Below, one piece after another: positions 1-12,673 of a stretch of 64,000 nucleotides of DNA; the stretch's first letter is position 1; each line of letters opens with the position of its first letter. Origin of the DNA: Balanoglossus misakiensis (lineage: Eukaryota > Animalia > Hemichordata); assembly GCA_040954595.2 (NCBI GenBank), contig CM082584.2:3724110-3788109 (forward strand). Reading direction: 5' to 3'. The notes beneath the pieces are model-generated. The model was not told the origin of the DNA. It made no database searches and worked only from the letters and a program-made list of their open reading frames with translations. The position numbers were made by a program, and so were the translations under genes.

Positions 1-217
1 CTATCGCTGACCGCTGCTTTGCCGTATTAGCGTGGCGGCCTATGGCCGGGCGGTAGCTGCCGTAAACATACTCGGACAGGGTGTGTGCACACAATCGTGT
101 GTATTTTTAACTAGTTACAAGCCCCTTGTCGGACGTTCATAACGGTTTCGATCAAAATTGAGTGTAGTGTCCTATAAAGGCCCATAGCAACGAGCAAAAA
201 GATATGGGGGACCCATC
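1..217. mobile_element. Right part of a TTAA-flanked TIR MITE (same element as 14474-15267)
   Basis: Ends ...GGGGGACCCATC followed by TTAA (218-221); near-identical to 15052-15267. Confidence 0.8.
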
Positions 218-1108
218 TTAATTTAGTGAGCACGCTCTATAACGCAGCACTCCCACTTTTGGTGAGCGTGCGTCGGTGCGCGCGTTGTATGAAACTTGAA
301 AAATGATGAATGTACCAGTAAATGATTGAAAAATATGTGACTTCAATATCTTTCATAAACGACCGTGTCTGCAATATGCCTTTTACTTTACAATATGCCT
401 TTTGCATCAGGTAGCCTATATGTCCACCTGCTGATGAGGTATGGTAAATGCAGTGTTGAAAACGCAATATTAGACTCGCCCTCTTAAAGTGCATAATTGC
501 AGGGAAAAGTCGAAAATTTCAACTGCCTCTTTTCTGTACAGAATCGTCTCTTTCAGCCCTAAAGATGTGTCGCAGACGCCAAAAATGTGTGTTACTTTAA
601 CATAACTGCGTGGCGATCAATAATCCTGCCAAACTTCACCGCTTCCTTCAAAATTATGTGCTTTGGTTTCGACTTCTCGAAGGTTTCTGAAGGCTTCTTG
701 ATAAACTGGGCGTGGTATCTTCCTGTATACATTCCCTGTGGAAATTAAAGGAAATATAAATGTATTTAAAATTCAGCAACTTTTTCTAAAGGTATGAAAT
801 GTGGCCAAAATCGCCTTGTATAGTGAAATACCACCTTACTTTGTTAATACTTCTGAAAACTAATTTATGATTTCGCTTCATACTTTTCGAGGCACACCAG
901 GTAATAATACATTAAACCAGCAGTAAAAATAAAAATAAATTCCCATGCCTTGGTCATGATCTAATACCCAAAGCATTTATGAAAGGAATACCATCATTTT
1001 AAACTTGGTACTTTCCAAATTGAAATTCATTTATTTATATATACCGATAATAGTTCTGGGTCGAGGACCAGAAAGTTATGTGACGTCACAAGTCGTTTGG
1101 CCTTATCA

Positions 1109-1443
1109 TAGCTCTGCGTGGTCGGGCTGTGTTGTTACGGCGAGCCCTCCACCCACAGCCCTGCAAAGCTCCATAGACAAAACTGGCGAAACTTCGCGGA
1201 TTTGTATCGGAAGGGTCTCCTTACCAAAAACTGCCGATTTCGAACTCAAAACGTGCGTCGATCTTCGTCACTGGCCTCGAGTACTCCAGTCGCTAGCAAT
1301 TTGAGCTAAAATCTGCATGATTGCTTGCGTTAAGGCCCGTTTTCGATGTTTATGCGAGAAGATCCCTAAGAACGCCGCCATTTTGAATCTCGTTGCCCAA
1401 CGAGTTTACCCAGGAGCCTTTGCGCGAAAGTTTGCCGAAAACT
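1109..1443 (+). repeat. Left TIR of Academ copy 1 (~335 bp)
   Basis: Reverse complement of 11496-11834 apart from two substitutions near the tip and a 4-bp indel (GGGTCTCC vs GGGTCACTCTCC). Confidence 0.95.
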
Positions 1444-1665
1444 TGCCTCAAAACAAAAGAACATCACACAAACAGACACAACTTAAGAAAATACATGAAA
1501 ATAAACTTATTGCGGAACTATTCCGCCATAAACCGATGATCATTTCCCATTTATTTCCAAGTTTCTTTTGCCGATACATAGAAGGGTACTAATAACTTTG
1601 GTACATGTAAAATAATTAGGTTAGAAGCAGTCTTATCAGAAACAATGCAAGTTCAATCAGTAATG

Positions 1666-4315
1666 TAATCAGCAGAAAAGGTGGACTGAGCAGGGTGTTA
1701 AGGCTGCTTGCATTCTGAAAATGGCAGAGATGACTCGGGAGGAAATAAAAGGTTAATGGATTTATATGCTACAATCAATTTGTTTGATGTTACATTCAAT
1801 GTTTCATTGAAATATTAAATCAGGTACAGATAAATCACAAGGTCATCAATTACCATGCTTAATGTTTAATTACATTTTCATTTTTGATCACAGACATCAT
1901 AGAGGGAAAATATTCTATAGTTTTCACATCCCCTGAATCTTTATGCAGAGAACCCTGGCAGTCCATGCTAAGAAATGATGTTTACAAGAATAGATTGGTA
2001 TTCTTAGCATGTGATGAAGCACATTGTATTATAGAGTGGTGAGTAACAACACTTTGCCTAGCTTTGACAATTGACATAAAGATTTAAAGGAACATGTTGC
2101 ACTTTATTCTGGGTACAATCGCATGGGCAATGGCATCTGGTGTGTACAATGGCATAGCTCGAAAGTCCAACAAACTAGTTGGATAAAGCCTTGTATCAAG
2201 GCTTTACATGTAGCTCAGCCAACTATGTTTACTACCTCAAGATGACAGATTTTTCAAGCAATAAATCACATAAAACACGCTGATTTGTCCTACAAATATC
2301 ACAATTTACACACAAGGCTACTGAGTTTTAATATGAACCTGACAAGTGGTAAGATTTTTTAGTTAATATTCTATTTCAATTTTGCATACCATGTATCCAA
2401 TGGTTAAGGACATAGCTATAAAAGATGTACCATTACACTACAATCTTTGCTTTGGTTTAAGGGGTGATGATTTCAGACCAGAATATAAACAGGTATCTGT
2501 GTTGAGAAGCCTCTTGACATGTCCTCTACTGATTTTGACTGCCACTGCCACTGAAACCATGAGGAAAAAAATCTTGCTCAATTTATTGTTGGATGACTCA
2601 GACGTAAGGACTGTTGCTGTTCTGCCTGACAGGTAAGAGCTTTAAATTGAAGAACATGTCACTATTTGTGTTACCAAAGCAAATTGTGTCTTTGGCTTAT
2701 TCTTCTGTACCACACAGAATAAATAACTAAAGAGTCAGCACAAGTACAGCCACTTTACGTTCAATCAACGGGCAATATATCACGGGCCTTATCAAGTTTT
2801 TTTTGCATACAATCTAAAATGCTTGATTAGCCCACTTGGACTCTTCACAGCTGTGTTATGATGGTACCCTGGGAATGATGCATGTTTCCGCCCAGGTCGA
2901 ATATCAAAAAGGCCATCATCTTTGTATTCTTTCACAAACTTTGAAATATCACTTCTGTAGTTTGGTTTTCCACCAGCACTTGTTGATACACGTGTCTCAG
3001 CAACTTTGTCTTCATATAACTTGTTGATGGCATTGCCCATGCTGCCTCCCATTTGGCTCATTCTTGCAACTTGCGCATCAGTGTACTTGCCCCTTGACTG
3101 TTTTAAAGCTTCTGTGAAAATTTAATGCATGCAAAGTTATGCTGTTAGGCTGTGACATTTCTTCATGTGGCCATAATATGTCTTTCATACATTCAGTGAT
3201 CGTTAAGGGAAAAAATGCGGAAACTCATGAAAAGCTTTGATGTGCAGCTTTAATGATATGAATCACATAACTGTATTTTACATGTAAGATTTCGACTACT
3301 TCTTCCTCATTTTTGAAAGAAATTAATCATAAAATTTCTTCATTTACAGACCAAATATATTTCTTCACTTTAAAAGTGAAATAGGTATGAATTTTGATAA
3401 AGAACTTGCATGGTACTTTGAACACCTGAGAAGTGAAGGAAAGAAAGCCAAAAAAGCTATAATCTACTGCAGGTCAGTACTAGGCCCTCTTCATAAAATT
3501 ATTATCAAACTTCTACTTTTTATTACCAAGAAAGCAATGCACAATTCAGCATGGCCAATCCTTTCCAAGACATGATAGAATAAACTGCTGCCAGGTATTG
3601 ATTGACATTTTTATACTTGAAAAAAATATACCTATATTCTATACCATAATAAATATTTTTCCATCATGTCTGCAATATCTCAACATATCAATAAATAATC
3701 TCTGTATGTGGTAATAAATTTGATTTCAGGACCATCAGAGAAGTAGCAGATGTTTACGAGCATTTTGTTGCTGAGTTAGGAGAAAAGGCTTGGTGTGGTG
3801 AAGCAAAACATGTTGAAAATAGACTTATAGATATGTACCACTCATCTGTGGATGAAGCCACTGAAAGAAGGATTGTTACCATATTCCCCACAGAAGCCAG
3901 TGTGATCAGATGTCTGGTATCAACGGTGGCATTTGGTATGGGGATTCAAGTCAATGATATTGATATTGTTATTCACTGGGGTGTTAGCAAATCAATCCTG
4001 TCATACTGGCAAGAAGTTGGGCGGTGTGGAAGGGATGGGAGAAGAGCTGATGCATTTCTGTATGCCACAAAGAAAAGTCTAAATAAACAAAGGATTAGTG
4101 AAGAAGTTATTAAATTTTGTTCGCAACTTCAGAGTCCATCCGATAATTGTGTAAGATATCATGTGTTAAACCATCTTTTTGTTGATGGCATGGGCATCCA
4201 TCAATTAGATAAGCTTAGAAATAGAGAAACATGCAAAGGCCCTCAACCAACAGGCAGCTGTAATTGTTTATTTCAGTCTTGTTGTAGTAACTGTAGAAAA
4301 AAGTGTTTACAGTAG
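1666..4315 (+). pseudogene. RecQ-like SF2 helicase of Academ copy 1, 5'-deleted
   Basis: GT-AG exons ~1666-1751, 1894-2038 (CDEAH), 2462-2632 (LTATAT), 3350-3472 (IIYCR), 3730-4315 (STVAFGMG, QEVGRCGRDG, Cys-rich tail). A 541-bp deletion relative to copy 2 (16721-17261) removes the start codon, Walker A and motif Ia. Confidence 0.88.
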
Positions 4316-7300
4316 TTTAGGAGACAAATTTACACTGATAAAGTCTAGAAATTCTGAATATTAAAGTCCACTCATTAATTGAAGTAAGATTAGGTGAAAG
4401 ATATCAATACATGTATGTCATTCATTTTTAAAATTACTGTTCCTTCATGGAGGCGTAAGGCATTCTTTTTCTGCTTTATGTCCCCTTTGGTGGTAGATGA
4501 TAATCATTCCATGGCTTCATTCAAGGACAAACTGCATTTTTAGAGTTTATTTCATTATATCCTGTTAATTATTGGTAAAAATAGACTCACCTTTGAACTC
4601 ATTATTCAGGAATTCTGTACCCAAATCCATGGCAATATTTTTGCCTGGTCCTCCATGTAAATTAATTGTCCTGTTCCATATAACTTCATTTGCTAATCTT
4701 GGAGGTAACCATCCATGAACACCTGACAACCAATAACATTACTGAATGATCAACTGAGAACTGTTGTAAAGAATATCACATTCAAAAATGCTCTAACAAA
4801 ATTCACTGTGGATGATGATGACATTCGCACTCTATAGTTTACACCTGGTGTTTCTTTTCTGTATTCTGTGACTGACATATTCACATAAATCTGTAAACTG
4901 TCTTTAACATGTTCAGGGTATTGTCATAAAAACAACCCTCCTAACTTTGCAGTATCCCTGAATGAAGTTCTACACTGGAAATCTGGTAATCAAGTTACTT
5001 TAACAAAACATCTGTCTGTCACGCTGTTTGATCTTTAATATGCAAGTCCTATTTGTTGAGCTGGCAAGTATTCAGTTTGTATATGGGATGATTCAAGGTG
5101 TACATGTCTAGCCTGAAATTCAACAGTGTACTATAGCACAGAGCAGTTTGCTGAAACACACATGCATATTTTGTGGACTTTTGCAACGTCAGCAGGCTGT
5201 ATGGAGTTGAAACATTGTACATGTAGTTAACAGTTATTAGAAAAATAGTGTACGAAGTTTTACAATTCCAATAGTTATTACCAGTAATGAGCCTGTGGCC
5301 TAGAATCAGGTACTTGTAATGGTTCCTTTGCAAAAAGTTTAACATATCTATCTTCCAATGCTCTATCATTGCAGGGCCATCATTTTCCCTCGTGGCATCA
5401 CGTCTGACCAAATCATTTAATCCTCTCCACAGCAGACCACAGGAATAATTGTACAGATGGTCATGATTTTGGTTGTCACATGTATCTGTATTGTGCCTTG
5501 GAATAGTATTATCTGTGAACCAAAAAAGTAAAACTTAAGTGAAACTGATATGATCTTCCTCATTTAAAAAAAAACTTGTATATTTCTCAAGATGGCTTTA
5601 TACTTACAATATTTTGATCATATTGCATCAAACATAAAAATGTTGCCAAATTTAACTCATTTATTAATATTAAGTACATATTGACACAGTGGGTGCCCTG
5701 CATGTAGAGTTGATGAAATTTACTTCTTAGTTGTGCTCAATCATTGCTAAAAATGTGATTTTTTATGATGTCATTTAAACTTCTGTAGACATTTTCAAAA
5801 TCTAACATTGAATAAAACACTAGTGTGTAAAATTGAAAAGAAATAGCAGACAGGTTACCTCTACATGTGTCAGTACAAAACCATTCCTCAGGGTCATCTG
5901 GTAAGGTATCCTCTGTTAACAGCACACATGGAAGATGGAACCAATCTCCATAACTGCATTCAGCATTGCTGCATTGTATCATCACACCACCAACATCTGA
6001 TGAAGAAATGTTATTTTAAAGCTCAACTAGCTGTAGCATTTAGCTAATCAATGCTTGTTACTATCTGTAGGGTCTTTTAGTTTTAAGTCTGGATGTCAAC
6101 GGAATGACTTCACTAAACATTTATCAGACAATTTTTTTTCAGTAAAGAAATATATTTCAAATAAAATTGTTAAACTTAATAACATTTTCAGATACCTTCT
6201 TTACAAATGCAATATCTGTAGTCATCACTGTCATCATCACCATCATCTCTGCCAACTGTGTGAATCTCCCCTCTGTCACCATTGGTACCATCTGTCTCAT
6301 CTATATCATCATGTCTCGACTCTTGGTGTATAAGTTCTTCCAAATCAGTTGTGTTCATCTGTACCCATATTTCTTCGATGACATTATTACAGATTTTGCT
6401 CAGATATTCTGTACGCACCTGTAATGGCTCTTCAAAGACGGAGTCACGCGGTTGACTGTCAAGTGATGACAGCTGTAGTTTTTTCATGGTAATCAGGCAA
6501 ACCAGACCTTCAGTTACAAACTTTAGAAAGTCTGTAACATGATTGAAGCAATCCATTACATTCTGCTTAATTGCTTGATGGTTGAATGCATTCTTCGCAT
6601 GTGCCAATGTTGCTCTGTCTGCTGCACTTCTTGGATCATGGAATTCATCCATTAAATCCTAAAATTTAAATTCACAATATAAAACCAGAAAAATATGCCA
6701 AATTAGCAGTTGTCAGCCCTTTACCAGTCAAAGACTGACAGTCCTTCTTTAAGCCACAGTAGCTGTAACTTTGGACATCTTTGTTGCCCATGATGGAAAC
6801 CAAGTAGAGAATGTACATATGCAGCACAACTAGGATGGAATAGAGAATTGTTATCTGCTATGGGAAGCGAAATGTATGTTTAATCCTTTCGCTTAGCCTT
6901 ACATGAAGGGTAAATTAACAGCTTACTTGTAGAAGTAGTCCTCTCTTATGGAATTCTTGCGAGACTGGTTCTAGGCCACGAAGACGTCCCCTTTCAGTTG
7001 TACAGCCGGCTCTTGCTCTCTGAGCATCCACATGTCTTTCAATAGAGAGACCATCTCCCTGGCACATAATGACATGGTACTGTCCATTGGCAATACCATC
7101 AGTGACATCATTAGGTGTATTTATTCTTGGGACATACTTGTGAAGCCAATCGAGAATACTGATTACACCTTGCAGTGATGACGGATTTTCCTCACAAACT
7201 CCAAGATTGACCTGAATTGAATAGAAAGTGGTGAAGTTTATTAAAGTCAATACCTTTGTTTGGGAGACAATGTCAAAGCTATATCACTTGCATGCAAGTA

Positions 7301-10300
7301 TTACTCCACTTTGATTGGCCAATATGCACAATGGCATATATAACAAATCACTACATTGTTTAAAGCCACAGCAGCTGTAATTTATGACAATTTTTCTGCC
7401 CAATGATCTATTGAACCCATGCATGCGAAGAGTCAGCAACAAGCAAGGGTCTACTAATAAAATGTACCCTGATGCACACTAGAATGCTTACGGGGCACAT
7501 TGTTTGTCAACATAACTGATTATCACAAGGAAAGGATACATGTTGCACACTGCGGTCAAATAGTGGGTGATCGATTCTCCATGATTCAGTATATGAGTAT
7601 CTATATGAATAGGTTGTTATTTGTAACAAATTAGTGAAAATATCCTCCATAGTTAAAGCTGCTGTGCTGTCCCTTTAAGTAAGATGAGATAATTGACTGA
7701 CTTACAAGATCACTCCTTTTGGCCGACTCACTTGAGTATTCATGTGGCACATGGGCTTGAACGCAGCTGATGTAGTACTGGTTAAAATGAACAAAATGTT
7801 CACAAATTATCCTCGAAACGAGTGTTTCCAAACGACTTCTTAGATGGTTTAAAGTCTCCCTTGAAGGCAGATATGTCATCAGAGGAATTTCAGATGCTTT
7901 TAGTGTGTTCCTCTCATCATCCAGGTGTCTGAAAGAAATCCTATTCTTTGCTGCATATGCCATGGCCCACATAAGCATCTTGTTCTTTCTTGTTGTTGAC
8001 TGATGACGTGCCACAGTCTCTACTTGGACATTGTCCCATGCCAATGAGAATCCTGGATCTTAAAATGAATGAAGTGGTTTAGTATTGCGTGTATTATTTT
8101 CCTTCAACTAAACATTCATCCAATCATTCATCCATTCATTCCTTTTTTCACTCAGTCATACATGTACATTTGTATATGCAATAACACATGAATTCATAGA
8201 TTTATTCAAGTTATCTGCAATGCTATAAATGCACTCGAAAGAAGCAATTTACATGTCCTTGTGACATGCTGGTTTGCCTTTTAGTGAAAATCTGATTGTA
8301 CTCAGGATAGCTACATTCTAGTTGTGGACAAATTTATTGTTTTGCTTAAAGCCCCATGAGCTGTAACTTCTGGGATTTTTCTCATTATTTTTGTTCTGTG
8401 TGTCAACTACAGTTTCTTGTTTGAATCCCAATTAATTTAAGCATGAAAAAACTCAGTATTTAGCTATCAACACAACTACATTGTAATTGTTGAAAATTGT
8501 ATTCAAGTTCAGACTAGAATTCGTTTGTTAACAATAACAATGGTCATTTCACATGAATTAGTAGTGTTGGCAAAAACCGTAGTTAAGCACAGAATAAGAG
8601 TTACATACTGAGAAAATAGCCACAAATTACCACTATCCCTTTCATTAAGTTAATATTGAATATTAACAACTTTACATCAAACAGAAAACAGCTATAGAAA
8701 AAATCAGTATCACAAGGAGAGTACCAGGATGTAAAATTACGTAAAAGATTCTTTGAAAACATACTTAACTCTGCAACCTGGCTTTCATCACCATGTACAT
8801 TGTTCTGGGTCCGTATGTCAGTTTCTGTTTCTGGAGTTTCTCCAAAGAGACATCTTGCTGTTGCTGTCCTGGTAGGGGCTGGTTGTTGCCCAGGTTCATG
8901 TTGATTCTATAGAGTAAATGTTATTTCTCACTTGAAAGTCACATTACATGTGTGGAAAAGTTTTGTATGACAGGAGAACTATTTTGAATGTCAGCTGTGA
9001 TTACTACCAAAGTTGATAAATCACAATCACAACTAACAGTGCTATGTACATGCAGCAGATCATTTTCAATTTAAACAGCATTAGCAAGTAATTTTCATTT
9101 TGTCTTTATGAAAACTGTAAAAGTGTTACTATTATAGATGAAAAATACTTACAGTCTTCTCTGATTCTATGTCATTGATCCACTCTTTTATTTTGCTGTC
9201 ATGGGAATTTTTCAGCCGGTCAACAACCATACGTGCCCCTGTCTTGGATAGGCAAATACCCAACTTGTTGAAACACTGGAAAAGCTGAATGAGAGAACAT
9301 GGAGACATTACATTTGATGAATTACTTTGAAATCTTGGGCCAGGGAATTCACAGATTACATGACTAGGCTAATGTAGAAATTTGGGCCATGTTGTCCAGC
9401 ATGAACGTTTCTTGAGCCACTACATACTACTCCCTCAAGCAGGAAAATTAGGATTCTATAAAATTTTATTGAACTCTCTGGAACTTTTCTTGTATGGGAT
9501 TTTCATTTTTATCATATCCTATTGCCAACAAGCCTGAAAGTAAATGAAATGCAGGGTACACTGTGAGATGTTTTTTTAGTAACAGTGGAAATATTTTAAC
9601 CACTTACTCTTTCACTGCAACCATTTTCCACATTTGTAATGAATTAACTCCAGCTAAAAATCTGAACTTGGAAGGAGATCTTACGTGCAATAATGTGAGG
9701 AAAAGACTACCAATTTGGCTGGTTGTTGGATGTTGTATGCTTGCTGTAATTCTGTCAATAAAAGTAACACAATATAAACCACAATGTCACAGCCATAAAG
9801 GGAATAAAATTTACCTTTGGAATTACTACCTGTCAGGTATGGTTTAGCATGCGTTTAAAAATGAAGTATTATTATATCCATACATATACGTGACACTAAG
9901 AAATTCATGATAATACTTACAAGTTTCTGTGATTCTTTAGCATCATAGATAATAAACAAGTAAATGTAAATGGCATTTCTTGCTTTAACTCATTGATGAT
10001 GTTATCCCAAGAAAATGTGGTTAAGTTTTCCATGGTAACTGGCTTTGAAGTCTGCCGTTGGCCTTTGGAGTACCCTTTCACCTCTTATTTGATTATCTTT
10101 GTGACAACAGTCATTAGAGCTCGCTTTGCTGATGAACTACTTCCTGCCAGCACGGTGAACGCTTCTTTGTATTTCGACTGTTGGATACATCTTATAGCCT
10201 TTCTTCTGCTTGATGTTACCTAAAGACAGGCATGGATGAATTGACTGATTTTACACATCTTCGTAAAACGTTTTTTAGTATAGTATGGAGAAAGGAATCA

Positions 10301-11154
10301 ACCAAAATGCTTAGGATAATGTTAGTTGTACTGTATTTAGTCATAGCTACAGAACTTTTGTTTGTTTTAGCATCACCACGTAATATGATTTCTAGTATGG
10401 TAAGTCAAAAAACAGCAATTCATATAATGTATTTAGACAGACAAATAAAATAACTTTGGATTTAATGAACACTTTTGTAAAGGCCAACTATTTCACATTA
10501 ATATTGGAAATCAAATATTGAAATGCAGTAATACCTGTCTAAACTGAGCAATGAAGGGACTGAGGAAACTGTTCGGTTGGTTTACAGAGGTGTCTGGTTT
10601 ATAGAGGTTCCTTAAACATGGTATTCTATGAGGAAGGGACTAGAAGAGGTGTTTAGTATAGACAGCTTTCAACATTAGAGAGAGTTTGGTTCAGACAGGT
10701 TTCACTGTATTGATATTTGTTTACATCAACAATGCATGGCCACACAGATCCAAATTGTCGTTCTTACCTTTGAAGTGTTTGGTACTTTTACCGGTAAGTT
10801 CTTCAGTGGTGTTCCACTTATTCGTCTCCTCTTGTATTGCAATGGTGATTTCACTGGTGATCTTAAAGGAGAAATCTTCTTTGCCATGTAGGATTCCTTC
10901 CCCTTGCTCTCCCGAAAAGATTGGGAAAAACTGCCATATTTTCCCCTGGAGCTTTGAATGTTCGCCAATAGATTCGCACAACTTGTGCAAATGTGACGAA
11001 CCTTACCTGGGGAGGCTTTTAGGTCAAATTCACACTCCAACACCTCAATAGCTGTCAATTTTGAGTGTGGCAGTTTAGAGTCTAGTCTCTGCCTATGGAA
11101 CCCTTTCTGTTTGATGGCAAAATTGCCACCACAATTAACACAAGCATTCTCCAT
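2762..11154 (-). pseudogene. Academ transposase with inserted PHD finger, copy 1 (12 exons, disabled)
   Basis: Exons 11154-10768 (CxxC...CxxC), 10219-9921, ~9751-9608, ~9285-9153, ~8906-8765, 8058-7706 (GFSLAWDNV), 7211-6927 (GDGLS), 6658-6196 and 5996-5859 (YCIC...CSNAEC...WFHLPC...WFCTDTC PHD), 5512-5282, 4722-4591 (WNRTIN...NIAMDLGTE), 3111-~2762. Splice phases join except exon 3 to 4. In-frame TAA at 10087-10085, an apparent 1-bp loss in exon 3, and an extra T near 2797-2804. Confidence 0.85.
10526..10707. mobile_element. Degenerate Tc1/mariner-pogo-like MITE in transposase intron 1 (copy at 32413-32594)
   Basis: Ends CAGTAATACCTGTCT / AGACAGGTTTCACTG (13/15 inverted match), followed by TA. 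Confidence 0.5.
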
Positions 11155-11495
11155 TGCAGAGAATGTGTAATGTGACAAGGACTGATTGTGGGATTGCTTT
11201 TATAATTACTATGGAATTCGAGGTATGCAGTAATCAGTGGTTATGACAATATATGACAACTGTTTCCAATTAATTACTTTCATAATGTAAGAAAGCAGAG
11301 ACTACAAAAAATGACATTAAAAGGCAATGCTTTTGTAATAAATATTTAATCGATGTTTAATTTAAAATAATTATATTAAAAATAATCATGAAAAGAAGAC
11401 TAGTACAAAAATTTACTCAGAAAGTACGGAAAATTTAAGAAATTTAACATGTTACAGTTTGTTTTAACTTTCTCCTAACTCTGAGCGCTAAAAAT

Positions 11496-11834
11496 AGTTT
11501 TCGGCAAACTTTCGCGCAAAGGCTCCTGGGTAAACTCGTTGGGCAACGAGATTCAAAATGGCGGCGTTCTTAGGGATCTTCTCGCATAAACATCGAAAAC
11601 GGGCCTTAACGCAAGCAATCATGCAGATTTTAGCTCAAATTGCTAGCGACTGGAGTACTCGAGGCCAGTGACGAAGATCGACGCACGTTTTGAGTTCGAA
11701 ATCGGCAGTTTTTGGTAAGGAGAGTGACCCTTCCGATACAAATCCGCGAAGTTTCGCCAGTTTTGTCTATGGAGCTTTGCAGGGCTGTGGGTGGAGGGCT
11801 CGCCGTAACAACACAGCCCTGCCACGCAGAGCTA
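11496..11834 (-). repeat. Right TIR of Academ copy 1
   Basis: Inverted copy of 1109-1443, followed by TSD GCCTTATCA. Confidence 0.95.
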
Positions 11835-12600
11835 GCCTTATCAGTACTGTCCACCTCCTCCAGTGCAAGTTTGACTTCGCCGTGACTGGGCAAGAAGAAC
11901 TTCTCGTCTTCCGAAAGAACTTTCACTATAACATTGATCTGTAGGATAAATTTCCGTTAAAAAAAACTTTAGTAAACTGCGCTGTTGGTACATGTGACAC
12001 ACGCGTCACTGTGCCCTCAATAGGCGTGGAGTGTTAAATTCTTACCAATCATTAAGGCAGAACGTTCCTCTTGGACATATTTTCAGAAAAATTATAGTCC
12101 TCCAAACTGTTCAATGCTTGCTATATTAACGTCTGTTTGAAAAAATAAGAAAACTGGGTTCGCTCAGTCTTGGTTCATGAAAATCGCTCATTTAAATTTT
12201 CTCCATAGACCCAATACGCAGGTTGGCAGCCATTTTGTATTTCGAATTTGAGACAATTTGAGTGGCAATTTTGCTCTGTAATTCAAAATTGGCACGATGA
12301 CCCTCAATTATATTCTCAATTTTAAGAGAGGATATCCTAAATTCTCTTGAGCAAAATGTGAGGGAAAATTTAAGACTATGATTTTCGAGGCTCATTCCCT
12401 TAAACATGAGTACACTTATCGGTCACGTGGGAAATCACCAAAAACAAACAAACATCTAACTCTGGCTCACCCCCCGGCGACGGGTTATTAACGATGGCAG
12501 ATGACGTCACCATGTCGATGGCGACGCCACTGTCGGATTCCACTCGCCCCCAGCAACCGACACGGACGTCGCCTGACAACACGGTGACTCTAGTGTCGGT

Positions 12601-12673
12601 CAATCTGATTAAAATCAGATGTAGGGAACGGCGACGTGGTCTTTTTTCCCTACATCTGATTTTAATCAGATTG
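12601..12673. mobile_element. 73-bp hairpin mini-element (copy at 34488-34560; relative at 56979-57107)
   Basis: Arms CAATCTGATTAAAATCAGATGTAGGGAA / TTCCCTACATCTGATTTTAATCAGATTG; flanked by AGTGTCGGT and GGTGTCGGT (8/9 direct repeat). Confidence 0.7.

Larger units (their letters stand above)
1109..11834. mobile_element. AcademHP-type DNA transposon, copy 1
   Basis: Termini TAGCTCTGCGTGG...CCACGCAGAGCTA; 9-bp direct repeat GCCTTATCA at 1100-1108 and 11835-11843; long TIRs. It encodes a RecQ-like helicase and a PHD-containing Academ-type transposase in opposite orientations, the known AcademH/HP layout. Confidence 0.93.

Noticed and set aside
1005-1592. Short ORFs over the Academ TIRs (also 11630-11944, 16060-16647, 33517-33831)
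   Set aside because: They recur only because the TIR is repeated, cross element boundaries, differ in frame between left and right TIRs, and show no protein motif.
3833-4315. Host RecQ/WRN/BLM gene
   Set aside because: It lies between TIRs with a TSD, is paired with a transposase and consists only of the helicase core plus a Cys-rich tail; it is transposon-encoded.
5737-5996. Host ING-family PHD gene
   Set aside because: The exon splices in phase into the transposase on both sides.
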